A stretch of 64,000 nucleotides of DNA from positions 352,001 through 416,000 of the forward strand of contig OY776215.1 of assembly GCA_963675495.1 (NCBI GenBank), in the 5' to 3' direction. Both the position numbers and the translations under genes were made by a program. The notes below the pieces were generated by a model. That model ran no database searches and had not been told where the DNA came from. It saw nothing but the letters and a program-made list of their open reading frames with translations. Below, piece after piece: positions 10,376 to 19,447 of this stretch. The DNA is from an uncultured Methanolobus sp. GTDB taxonomy: Archaea; Halobacteriota; Methanosarcinia; Methanosarcinales; Methanosarcinaceae. Each line of letters begins with the position of its first letter. Position 1 is the stretch's first letter.

Positions 10376-11674
10376 TTACCTTTCATCCCTTTCCATTCGT
10401 TCCGTAATGTCCTGGATAACACCCTGATAGTGGGTCACAATTCCCTCGTCATTACGCTGAATGAATGTTTGCTCTTCCACCCACCTCTCATCTCCTGACC
10501 TGGTTCGTATCCTGTATTCCTTGACAAAGACTTTTCCACCTTCTTTGGCAACATCCGAAAGTTCCATCTGGACACTAGGGAGGTCCTTTGGATTGATTAT
10601 TTCACCATAAAGGATAGCTCCTGAGAGGAAATCGTCAACCGAGTATCCAAACACGCTTATATTATCTGAAACGAATTCAGCTGGCCAAAGTTCATTTTCA
10701 TCATCAGGACCTGCTTTCCACAAAAAAGCGATCACTGGACTATGATTAATAATCGTTTCAAGAGCTTGCTTATTTTCTAGCAATTGTTCTTGTTTTTCAA
10801 GTGCCTGCTGAAGAGCGATTTCAGTTTCTTTCTCCTTTGTGATATCCTGAACAATTCCCTGGAAATGAGTTGCATTCCCACCTCTGTCCCTTAGAATAAA
10901 AGTGCTCTCTTTTACCCACAACAGCTCATTATTTCTTGTTAATAAACGATATTCCTGATTATAGTAGTCATTGCCACTTTCACATTGTTTAGCAAGTGTT
11001 TCTTTAACCATCTCATAGTCACCCGGATAAACAAGATCACTGTACACAATACGACCTTTCACAAAATCCTCAGCCGAATAACCAAGTTTTGAAACATTCT
11101 CGGAAGCATAATCTGCAGGCCAGAACTGCTCGTTCCTCCACAGAAAAATCATAATAGAACTATTATTGATGATCTCTTCCATAAGTCTCAGTTTCTTCAA
11201 TGCATCCTGCAGGGTAAATTCCTGTTCTTTCTGTCCAGTTATATCTAAAACAGTACCCTGGTAGTGTGCAACATTGCCAGAATTATCCCGCAGTATATAG
11301 GTTCGTTCATTAACCCAGCGCACTTCACCTGACTTTAAGATTATCCTGTATTTATGATCGAAGAAATCAACTCCCTCTTTACAGTGCTTGGTGAGGGATT
11401 CCTGCAACTCTCTCAGGTCATCAGGATGAACTATGTCAGCATAAAGAATGTCACCGGAAATAAAGTCGTCTGCTGTATAGCCTAAAAGATTCACGTTACC
11501 TGAAACATATTCCACAGGCCATTTTTCATCGGGACTGTCTTCTGCCTTCCAAAGAAAAGAAATAACAGGACTTTTATCCCTTATTCTTTCAAGTTCTTCC
11601 TTTCTTTCAAGGAACCTGTTCAATGCACTTTCAGAATCTTCCTTATAATCCTTATATGGTGTATCTGAATTCAT
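10376..11674 (-). CDS. Stand-alone triple PAS/PAC protein
   Basis: Three FLW..WP..VS.N...GY....YRI...RWV.E.T...H(Y/F)QG...DIT repeats; no output domain. Confidence 0.85.
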   Translation of the reverse strand: MNSDTPYKDYKEDSESALNRFLERKEELERIRDKSPVISFLWKAEDSPDEKWPVEYVSGNVNLLGYTADDFISGDILYADIVHPDDLRELQESLTKHCKEGVDFFDHKYRIILKSGEVRWVNERTYILRDNSGNVAHYQGTVLDITGQKEQEFTLQDALKKLRLMEEIINNSSIMIFLWRNEQFWPADYASENVSKLGYSAEDFVKGRIVYSDLVYPGDYEMVKETLAKQCESGNDYYNQEYRLLTRNNELLWVKESTFILRDRGGNATHFQGIVQDITKEKETEIALQQALEKQEQLLENKQALETIINHSPVIAFLWKAGPDDENELWPAEFVSDNISVFGYSVDDFLSGAILYGEIINPKDLPSVQMELSDVAKEGGKVFVKEYRIRTRSGDERWVEEQTFIQRNDEGIVTHYQGVIQDITERMERDER

Positions 11675-11894
11675 AAAACCCCCTCTTTAACTAACCCTTT
11701 TTCATTTTATTATTAGTTTGAATAGTTAATAATATTATGCACTATAGATTTCTAGAGGGTTATTTGAGAAGAAATCAAATCATATAAGCACAGCTAAAAC
11801 AGTGCTGTTTGTCATAGGAAAAATATTAATAACAAAGAACAGGCATTTTATTTATACCCCGTATTAACCGTGCAACTATTGATTAAACGGGATA

Positions 11895-12218
11895 TTAGCC
11901 TTCCTTGAACTCAATGGTCATTGTCTCTACTTGCTTTGCAAGGCTCTTTGCGATCATCCCTGACTCCAGCCTGCAGACATGCATAACACCTGTTGGTACG
12001 ATACATCCTGGACAGCAAAGAGCTTCTTGTGCTCTGTCCATCACATAGTTATCTTTGATGTATAAAGTTTCCATCATTGGAACTTCCATATGAGACATTT
12101 CTTTTACCTTTGGGCAGGGTGTTTCAATATCTATGATAATATTTGTCCCATCAAGTTGTCCTTTTACTATATGTATGAAACCACAGATGCTTGAGTTTAC
12201 GTGTACGACAGATCCCAT
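11895..12218 (-). CDS. Small Cys-rich protein (DUF6951-like), paralog 2
   Basis: Very similar to 9908-10231; start moved to the ATG after the AGGAG RBS, giving the same 107-aa length. Confidence 0.75.
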   Translation of the reverse strand: MGSVVHVNSSICGFIHIVKGQLDGTNIIIDIETPCPKVKEMSHMEVPMMETLYIKDNYVMDRAQEALCCPGCIVPTGVMHVCRLESGMIAKSLAKQVETMTIEFKEG

Positions 12219-12632
12219 ATAACGTCTCCTTTTTTTTCTAATTAATAGTTTAGTTTTTACAGTAAAGTAAATATCCCTGTTTTTAGCCGGACAGGGAAAA
12301 TACAAGAAACTTAAGGATATTTAATGTTGTAAACAACGTGAATATATCATTTTCTCTCTGAATCGAGCTGGCTTCAAACAAAATCTATAATGTTTTTGTT
12401 TTGTGTTTTTCTTTTAAAAGCACAAAAATAAGTGCTTGTAGTTCCATGAGAACACAGAACCCTGTAAAACCATAACGATAGTCGAGGATGTAGCCACTTC
12501 AACGCGAAAATCGACAGAACCTGGAAAGATTACTCCAGCATCCTCCCCAATCAACATGAATAGAACTGGTATTACTTTTCCAGAAACCTGTCACTATAGA
12601 TTTTAGAGGTAAGAAACAAGAGCTAAAAAAGC

Positions 12633-12980
12633 TCATTCTATCTTGTCAATAGTAAGCTCTACTTTTTCTATTTTCCTTGCGAGAGTCTTTGAGATATTTT
12701 CAGTTTCTACCCAGTATGCATTCATTACGGTTGCAGGCACATAACAATTGTCACATATTTTGTTCTTCATGCTCTTCATTAACAGTTCATAGTAAGGAAT
12801 ATTCTGAGTTGCCAGATCTGCATTGGGGAGATCGAAATCACAACCCCACTTTTTCAACTTCTCACACCCTGTTTCAATATGTATGTGAGTCTTCCTGCCT
12901 TCAGTAACCGCTGTTATGAAGGTCTTGTAACCGCAAAGAGAATCGACTGACATTGTAACGACCATATACTTACCCTCCAT
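12633..12980 (-). CDS. Small Cys-rich protein (DUF6951-like), paralog 3
   Basis: LCG..IETGCEK..CDNCYVP..ISKTLA; real start probably ATG 12965. Confidence 0.65.
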   Translation of the reverse strand: MEGKYMVVTMSVDSLCGYKTFITAVTEGRKTHIHIETGCEKLKKWGCDFDLPNADLATQNIPYYELLMKSMKNKICDNCYVPATVMNAYWVETENISKTLARKIEKVELTIDKIE

Positions 12981-13012
12981 TTCAAGAATTGAAATAATTC
13001 ATTCAACGCTAT

Positions 13013-13399
13013 TTATTTGATCTCTTCGAATTTTATGTCAACACCTTTGTATCCACGTGCGACATCTTTAGGGATCTTCTCATTCTCTATCCAGTAAGCA
13101 CTCATCACCGTTGGAGGCACATAGCAATTACTGCAAATAGAACACATTTCCCTTTTTTTGTTAAGCAGATCAAAAGCTACATCCTTGTCCATGAGATCAA
13201 TTTTTGGAAGGTTGAACTCATTGCCCCATTTTTTTATCTTTTCACAGGTAGTATTAACGTTTATACGTGTATTCTTACCTTCATGCTGGGCCAGAATCGT
13301 TGTTCTGTTCCTGCATATATTTTCCAATGACATAATAACTGTAATTTTACTGACCTCCTGGCAAAGTATTACAAATATTGACGAATATATATCAAACAA
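13013..13399 (-). CDS. Small Cys-rich protein (DUF6951-like), paralog 4; start uncertain
   Basis: ICR..TTCEK..CSNCYVP; ATT sits where paralog 3 has ATG after the GGAGG RBS. Confidence 0.6.
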   Translation of the reverse strand: MFDIYSSIFVILCQEVSKITVIMSLENICRNRTTILAQHEGKNTRINVNTTCEKIKKWGNEFNLPKIDLMDKDVAFDLLNKKREMCSICSNCYVPPTVMSAYWIENEKIPKDVARGYKGVDIKFEEIK

Positions 13400-14134
13400 A
13401 TTTTAAAAAGATTGGCCAATTGCCTGAAAATCAATCCATTTGATAGCATTTTATTATATTTTACTAGATTTGTATGTGTACAACATGCTTAAATCTTGCG
13501 TTTTAAGCCTAAAACTTAAAACCACTAAGTAAAAAATTAAAATAAAAGAAGGAGGTGTGGAGAAGTTGGGGTGCAATGCATCCACATAGCCTTGAGACCC
13601 TACAAATATTGGAAACCTACAAGCCTTTCTTAAAGAGATGGCAGTTCGTTTTTCATGAGGATTGAATCATATTGTTAAACTGGAAGCTTTTACCGTTTTT
13701 ATATTGAAAGCAGGGATATGTGTTTCTTTTTTCCAGTATGAAGAAAGCTGATAGTTCATTCTGCTTATCGTACATCGTCTGAAATGGTTCAGGTTTATGA
13801 CCTTATACCTCAGTGTTGTTGCTATATCCATATTTTCACCTTTTTACCAATGTAGTACATCGGCATCCTTTGTACTACTTTATTTTATTTAAAGTTTTTG
13901 TATTATGAGCTTACTTATAAAGTACCTTACTTTAGAGTGAAATAACCGAATTTGTGGTCAAATACTTACTTTACAGTAATATTTTGACCGAAAATCGAAC
14001 TTTCCTTTAGTTTACACCATTGTATTTCAAATTAGATTGAAATAGAAAGTTTTATATGTGTATAAGCATTTCAAACATTACTGAAATACTATTTTATGAG
14101 GTTGACATAAATCGAGAAAAAGAAGGAATAATAT

Positions 14135-14959
14135 ATGGAAATAATTTTAATAATTAGTCTACTCATTACAGGATTGGCTGTTGGGCTAGCAGCTGGAATT
14201 TTGGGTGTTGGCGGGTGCTTTATTATGGTTCCCGTCCAGTTTTGGGTTTTGACCCAAATGGGAATTGATCCTACTATTGCAATACGTATTGCTTTTGGAA
14301 CAAATCTTGCTGTAGTTCTTCCAACAGCAATGAGTGGAGCTTACGGACACAATAAAAAAGGAGCCGTACTCTGGAAACAGGCAGTTTATCTTGGAGCATT
14401 TGGATTCTGTGGTGCTATTGGAGGAGCTTATGTTGCCAGCAATCTTCCCGGAAATGTGTTAAAGATCGCATTTGGACTTGTTATACTTCTGGGAGCTGCA
14501 AGAATGTTGACAGCCAAACCTCCACGCATTGACGAAGAGATTACCCAGTCCCCTGTGTTATATGCAGTTGCAGGAATTATCCTTGGACTCGTATCCGGAA
14601 TAATAGGTATTGGTGGAGGAGTTATAATGATCCCTATTATGGTAATGGGATTGAAATTCCGAATGCACCAGGCAGTAGGCACCTCCACGGCAGTAATGGC
14701 TCTTATTGCCATTGGTGGAATTCTTTCATACATATATAACGGTTGGAATGTTGCAGGTTTACCTGCTTATTCTCTGGGCTATGTGAATATGCTTCAGTTT
14801 GTACTTCTGGCAGGTACCAGCGTACCGATGGCATATATCGGCTCTAAAATTGCACACAGATTATCTCATAAGAACCTGAAAAATCTCTTTATTGTAGTGA
14901 TGGCATACATGGGATTAAAAATGATTGGAGTTTATAGCTGGTTGGGATTACCACTATAA
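14135..14959 (+). CDS. TauE/SafE (TSUP) family membrane transporter
   Basis: Duplicated G(V/I)GGG motifs, AVGTS, hydrophobic profile. Confidence 0.9.
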   Translation: MEIILIISLLITGLAVGLAAGILGVGGCFIMVPVQFWVLTQMGIDPTIAIRIAFGTNLAVVLPTAMSGAYGHNKKGAVLWKQAVYLGAFGFCGAIGGAYVASNLPGNVLKIAFGLVILLGAARMLTAKPPRIDEEITQSPVLYAVAGIILGLVSGIIGIGGGVIMIPIMVMGLKFRMHQAVGTSTAVMALIAIGGILSYIYNGWNVAGLPAYSLGYVNMLQFVLLAGTSVPMAYIGSKIAHRLSHKNLKNLFIVVMAYMGLKMIGVYSWLGLPL

Positions 14960-15076
14960 ACTTATTTTTTAATAAGAAAATCAATGTGGCCAAATAATAG
15001 TTTTTTTTGATTGATAAATTGGGGATTTTTGGTCAAGCCCTTTTGATAGAATATAACCTACATAAAAAAACCATAT

Positions 15077-15808
15077 CTAAAATCCCACATCAAGCAACCA
15101 TTTAGTAATAATCCCCACAAAAACCGCAATTGCAAAACTCAATAAAGTGCCTATCAATATATATTCACTCACCCTCCTATCGGTTGTAAACCTGAATATT
15201 GATTTTGCAGCAACCAACAAACCTATAGCTTGATACTGGTCAAGCAGCACAAAGGTCAGTAGTAAAAATCGCTCAAGACGACCTATCCACAGACCGGCAT
15301 TCGATAGGCCTGTGCCTTCATTTCCATCTTTGTCATTCTGCCAGGGTTCAGTAAATTTACCTATTACAATACCACTGGGCCAGATTACTACCACATATGC
15401 AACAAGCAAAATCCAGAAATTCGTTCCTGCAAACGGAAGAATGGGCAAGATTTTCATCATTGGTATTAATCCTGCTATAAAGATCCAGGCTACAAGAATG
15501 GTAAACAAATGGGCTGCCTGATCCAGAGTAAACCATCTAAGATCATCTTTTCTGGTTGATTTGAAACCATCGATCAATACATGAGAAAACGCGTAAGCAA
15601 TGAAAAGCCAGACATAACTGAAGGCACCTGAAAGGATATATGCAAGTAAACCGGCAGTCAGACCATGTATGTAAAGCCATTTTGAAAGCCATTTGTTCTC
15701 AAAACGGTCATTTACCATTGATCTGGTCTGGAATACAAAATCAGCAAGCAGGTGTGAAAGAATAAGTTTTGCAAGCAGAGATATATTCAAAAGACCCGGG
15801 TCCATCAC
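15077..15808 (-). CDS. DUF3307 membrane protein
   Basis: HLLADFVFQ, H..ID, DQAAH, G.WIG.LER, AAKSIFRF, EYILIGTL. Confidence 0.85.
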   Translation of the reverse strand: MMDPGLLNISLLAKLILSHLLADFVFQTRSMVNDRFENKWLSKWLYIHGLTAGLLAYILSGAFSYVWLFIAYAFSHVLIDGFKSTRKDDLRWFTLDQAAHLFTILVAWIFIAGLIPMMKILPILPFAGTNFWILLVAYVVVIWPSGIVIGKFTEPWQNDKDGNEGTGLSNAGLWIGRLERFLLLTFVLLDQYQAIGLLVAAKSIFRFTTDRRVSEYILIGTLLSFAIAVFVGIITKWLLDVGF

Positions 15809-16497
15809 TTATCACTCTCTACAAATACATCCTCATATTCAAATAAGTGTTCATAGTTAAAAAGGAACTTCTTAACTGCATCAAAACCCAAAGCTTTCAG
15901 ACTCTGGGAAATCGTTGACTGGGATTTACAGTGTCTTGAGGCTATCTCTTCCTGGGTTGAACCAGAGAGTTTCTCCAGAATTATCTCTTTCTGGATGTTT
16001 GTCCACCTGCCAGCTATGAGATCAAAAAAAGCACATTGGGTCTCAAACATCAGATTCAGCACTGGATCTGAAGTTGTAACCAGCAGATTTTGACCTTTTT
16101 GCTTCATCGTATCAAGTGCTTTTCCGGAAAGTCTGAAAGCCACACCATCGGCTTCTCCTATGTTACCGGAGTCCGGGATATACTCAATTGTTCCAATGCC
16201 AATTGATAACCTTGCCGCAAAATCCTTTGACCCTTCATTGAACAGACTAAGCCTTTGGGATAAGAGTACAGAAGCAAGTAATGCACGATCTGGCTTGCTA
16301 AGAACAACCTGAAAACTATCACCCCTGAATATATCAAAAGGGAGGAAAATCGCATCATGAAGTTGTAAGTGATTCTCTATGAACATGAGAGAATCGCGAA
16401 GATAAGCGATCATTTTTTCTCTGTTTTCGTTTTCCAACTGGGATGACTGTACAAGATCCCCTGTTATGACAGCGTATAATATTTTTTCATTGAGCAA
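15805..16497 (-). CDS. satD: SatD family protein with C-terminal HTH
   Basis: AVITGDLVQS, RGDSFQ, RLSIGIG, DGVAF; TQEEIA..SQSTISQ HTH; 4-bp overlap with DUF3307 gene. Confidence 0.8.
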   Translation of the reverse strand: MLNEKILYAVITGDLVQSSQLENENREKMIAYLRDSLMFIENHLQLHDAIFLPFDIFRGDSFQVVLSKPDRALLASVLLSQRLSLFNEGSKDFAARLSIGIGTIEYIPDSGNIGEADGVAFRLSGKALDTMKQKGQNLLVTTSDPVLNLMFETQCAFFDLIAGRWTNIQKEIILEKLSGSTQEEIASRHCKSQSTISQSLKALGFDAVKKFLFNYEHLFEYEDVFVESDK

Positions 16498-16645
16498 AAC
16501 CTTGAACCTCTGTTGTGGGAATAAATATAATTTATCAAGGCTATATTTTATTAATATAAGTTTTTAAGATGATATTTACTTATTAGTAGTTATAAGACTT
16601 ATATTTTATTGTCAAAAATATATAACAGTGATTACTAAGGGCACA

Positions 16646-16670
16646 ATGTTTAGCTTACAACGCTAAACAT
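16646..16670. other. Inverted repeat (terminator or operator candidate)
   Basis: ATGTTTAGC-ttacaac-GCTAAACAT between the 567-aa gene and satD. Confidence 0.45.
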
Positions 16671-16815
16671 CGAATATGAAAAAATTAAAGAAATTGTGTG
16701 CTGAAGCTTCAATTATCTAAACCAATTAATAAAAGAACTTCGTAGCTTATCGCTTTTTGAATTGTGTAATTATAAAAAGTAAAATACCCAAAGGAAAGGA
16801 AGAATAAGAGAATAT

Positions 16816-18519
16816 TCAATATCTCTTATTTCTTCGGTTGCCAACCATTCCAACCATGAACAACATCAAAGACATCATACCTATTAATGAACTGCTACTA
16901 TTGCCCGTTACTACATTGGCACCAGTCCTTAGCACCGGTGTTGTCTGCATATTCAGTGAATAGGCAGGGTCAATACCCAGTATGAAAAGATCGGTGAGTC
17001 GATAGACATCCGAATTTCCTTCTACCGTGTAGTTCACGTATGTCTGGTTACCAGCAGTCCCATCTGCCTGCATGGTACCTACATCCCACCAATAAGCAGT
17101 TCCTGTAACCGGAGAAAGCACAGATGTACTACCATCAGGATTGGTAACCCAGGAAACATTGGTGAATCCCTGTGGGATTATATCATACACAACTACTGTA
17201 GGAGGTGTAGCAAGATCACCTTTATTGTGTATCCATAAGGAAACATCATAGTAGTCAGGATCAGTATCGTTCTTGGTAATCGTTTTCCTGGCTTCCACAA
17301 GATAACCATTTATGATGTATATTTTTTCAATTACCTCATAAGTACCGTTTATTGTGAGGTAACTTTCACTTAGCTGGTTTCCTGTAAGATCTACACTTAG
17401 ATTTACATCCATCCATCCTACAGGAACGGGGTCAGGAAAATCATATATCTTCCATTCATCCTGCGTCCATACTTCGGATTGTGAAATAGTACCTACACTG
17501 CTATTAACTGAAGTCTCAACTGCCGAACTGTAGTCAAGGTCACTGCTTGTGGTCACATACATTGTTACAGCTGAAACAGTGTAATCTATACTCTCTGTAT
17601 CAGTATTGGTAATAACAGGTGTAAATCCCCAATCATCTCCGCCTGAGCCGCCCTCTGAACTATCTAGTTGGTTCTTCTGCAGATCGAACATGAAGTTAAG
17701 GGTTGTGCCGGTAGGTGTACCTGTAACTGAAACATTATTTCCTGATTGCACCCCATTATTAACTGTGAACTGCAATGTGCCATTGCCTATGAACATTTCC
17801 TGTGCGGACTGTGGTGATGAAGCTATATGAGCTGCACTATCATTCTCAGTAGCCGTGAAAGTCAGGCTGGCATTTGTAACAGATGAGTTAAGTTCTGATA
17901 TCGTCCACATGACAGTGTCCTGTGAAGGATTTGTCACGGCACCTGTATCTGCACTGGCATCAGAGAAACGAAAATCACTTATGGAATTGCTATTGCTGTC
18001 AGAAGCTACTTTTGTGAATGCAATGGAGCTTATTGTTGAGTCAATTTGTCGTTCTATTTCAAGGTTCACATCAATTGAATCATTTATAAGCATCATGTTT
18101 GCTGAATAACTTTCATTAAAAGTGACCGGTCTTGAACCAGAACAATCGTAGTTTATTACCGCAGAGTCACCATGACCAAGATAATTAATGTGCACTTGCA
18201 CAAATGCGCTGTTGCTGGTGTCAAGATATACGCCAGATGAAGACGAAGACCATGTTGATGATAACGTTGTGCCATTATTGAAACTGATGTTCACGTCGTA
18301 TAGATCAGTTGAAGATAATGAATTTGTGATCGTTATCTGTCCTGAACCGGATGCATCACCGCTTGTCAGCGACCCATTGAACAGATCAGTTGCACCAATG
18401 GATTCACTTACCTGAATATCCAGGACCTGCGTCGCTCCTGCAAACGATACAAAGACACAGAATACAAATATGAAAATTGTTATCCCTGTTAAATTACTAT
18501 GCATTCCTTTCCTATCCAA
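16816..18519 (-). CDS. Secreted beta-rich multidomain surface protein with C-terminal TM (candidate filament subunit)
   Basis: Signal peptide, many N-x-S/T sequons, DUF11-like C-terminal domain, hydrophobic tail plus RRNKR. Confidence 0.7.
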   Translation of the reverse strand: MDRKGMHSNLTGITIFIFVFCVFVSFAGATQVLDIQVSESIGATDLFNGSLTSGDASGSGQITITNSLSSTDLYDVNISFNNGTTLSSTWSSSSSGVYLDTSNSAFVQVHINYLGHGDSAVINYDCSGSRPVTFNESYSANMMLINDSIDVNLEIERQIDSTISSIAFTKVASDSNSNSISDFRFSDASADTGAVTNPSQDTVMWTISELNSSVTNASLTFTATENDSAAHIASSPQSAQEMFIGNGTLQFTVNNGVQSGNNVSVTGTPTGTTLNFMFDLQKNQLDSSEGGSGGDDWGFTPVITNTDTESIDYTVSAVTMYVTTSSDLDYSSAVETSVNSSVGTISQSEVWTQDEWKIYDFPDPVPVGWMDVNLSVDLTGNQLSESYLTINGTYEVIEKIYIINGYLVEARKTITKNDTDPDYYDVSLWIHNKGDLATPPTVVVYDIIPQGFTNVSWVTNPDGSTSVLSPVTGTAYWWDVGTMQADGTAGNQTYVNYTVEGNSDVYRLTDLFILGIDPAYSLNMQTTPVLRTGANVVTGNSSSSLIGMMSLMLFMVGMVGNRRNKRY

Positions 18520-18710
18520 AAGAAGCCTCTCCTAAGAATTCCGATAATTATATAATAGATATTATTATTATAACATGTATTGTTTAATTAACATTCAAAT
18601 GTGTATATGTGCAGACACTATATATATTTTAGTATACTTTAAATATATATAATAATTGCGTGCTGTGTAGATCTTGTTAAAAAGGAGGAAGGGAAATAAA
18701 AGTAGCTACA

Positions 18711-19442
18711 ATGATACTGATGCTGGTATCTGTTCTATTGGCAACAAGCATTCCTGCTAATGGGGAAATTTTAGTAGAGGTATGGGAACATTACAATGTA
18801 ACACTTAATGTGCATTCTGAAAGTACACACGTAACTGAAGAACTCACAATCAGGAATGTTATCGATAAAACCGTTGTTCCGGGATATGGATACATAACGC
18901 TCAGTACAGAAAGCAAATCACGTTTTTTAGGACTAACCATCCCTTTTACAGGAAATACTCAAGCCATGGAAATATCAGACGTCTCTGCGAAACTTGATGA
19001 TGGCACAATAATAAATGATGTAGAGGTATCCACCACCGAGAATGAAACCACAATTAAGTATGGATTCTGGATACCTATAATGCCTGGAGAAAGCCGGACA
19101 ATAACGATCGAATATACAACAGATGATATTGTTGAGGATGGACTGGTATTTGACCAGGTCACCTATAGCATACAACCATCCAGCATACCAATTGAAAATG
19201 CAAGGATGGAAGCAAACATTGATGGAAAGCATTTATCGTACTCCAATTATCCTGCCCTAAGTGTCGATGACACAATAGTCTGGACAAATAATAATATAGA
19301 TAACAATACCTGGGAAGTCAACTTTGAATATGGGGCCCTGCCGTTTCCAAAACTTCCCTTCAAATGGTCATTGATTTTTTGGGTAATGATATTTGGAATA
19401 ATATGTTTGTGGTCATACCGCCAGTGGAAATCCGACAAATAA
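18711..19442 (+). CDS. Secreted membrane-anchored beta-sandwich protein
   Basis: Signal peptide, PGESRTITIEY, C-terminal TM. Confidence 0.7.
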   Translation: MILMLVSVLLATSIPANGEILVEVWEHYNVTLNVHSESTHVTEELTIRNVIDKTVVPGYGYITLSTESKSRFLGLTIPFTGNTQAMEISDVSAKLDDGTIINDVEVSTTENETTIKYGFWIPIMPGESRTITIEYTTDDIVEDGLVFDQVTYSIQPSSIPIENARMEANIDGKHLSYSNYPALSVDDTIVWTNNNIDNNTWEVNFEYGALPFPKLPFKWSLIFWVMIFGIICLWSYRQWKSDK

Positions 19443-19447
19443 TATAG

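Noticed and set aside
13667-13831. 54-codon minus-strand ORF (MDIATTLRYK...)
   Set aside because: Has a GGTGA RBS-like sequence but no recognisable motif; cannot be supported
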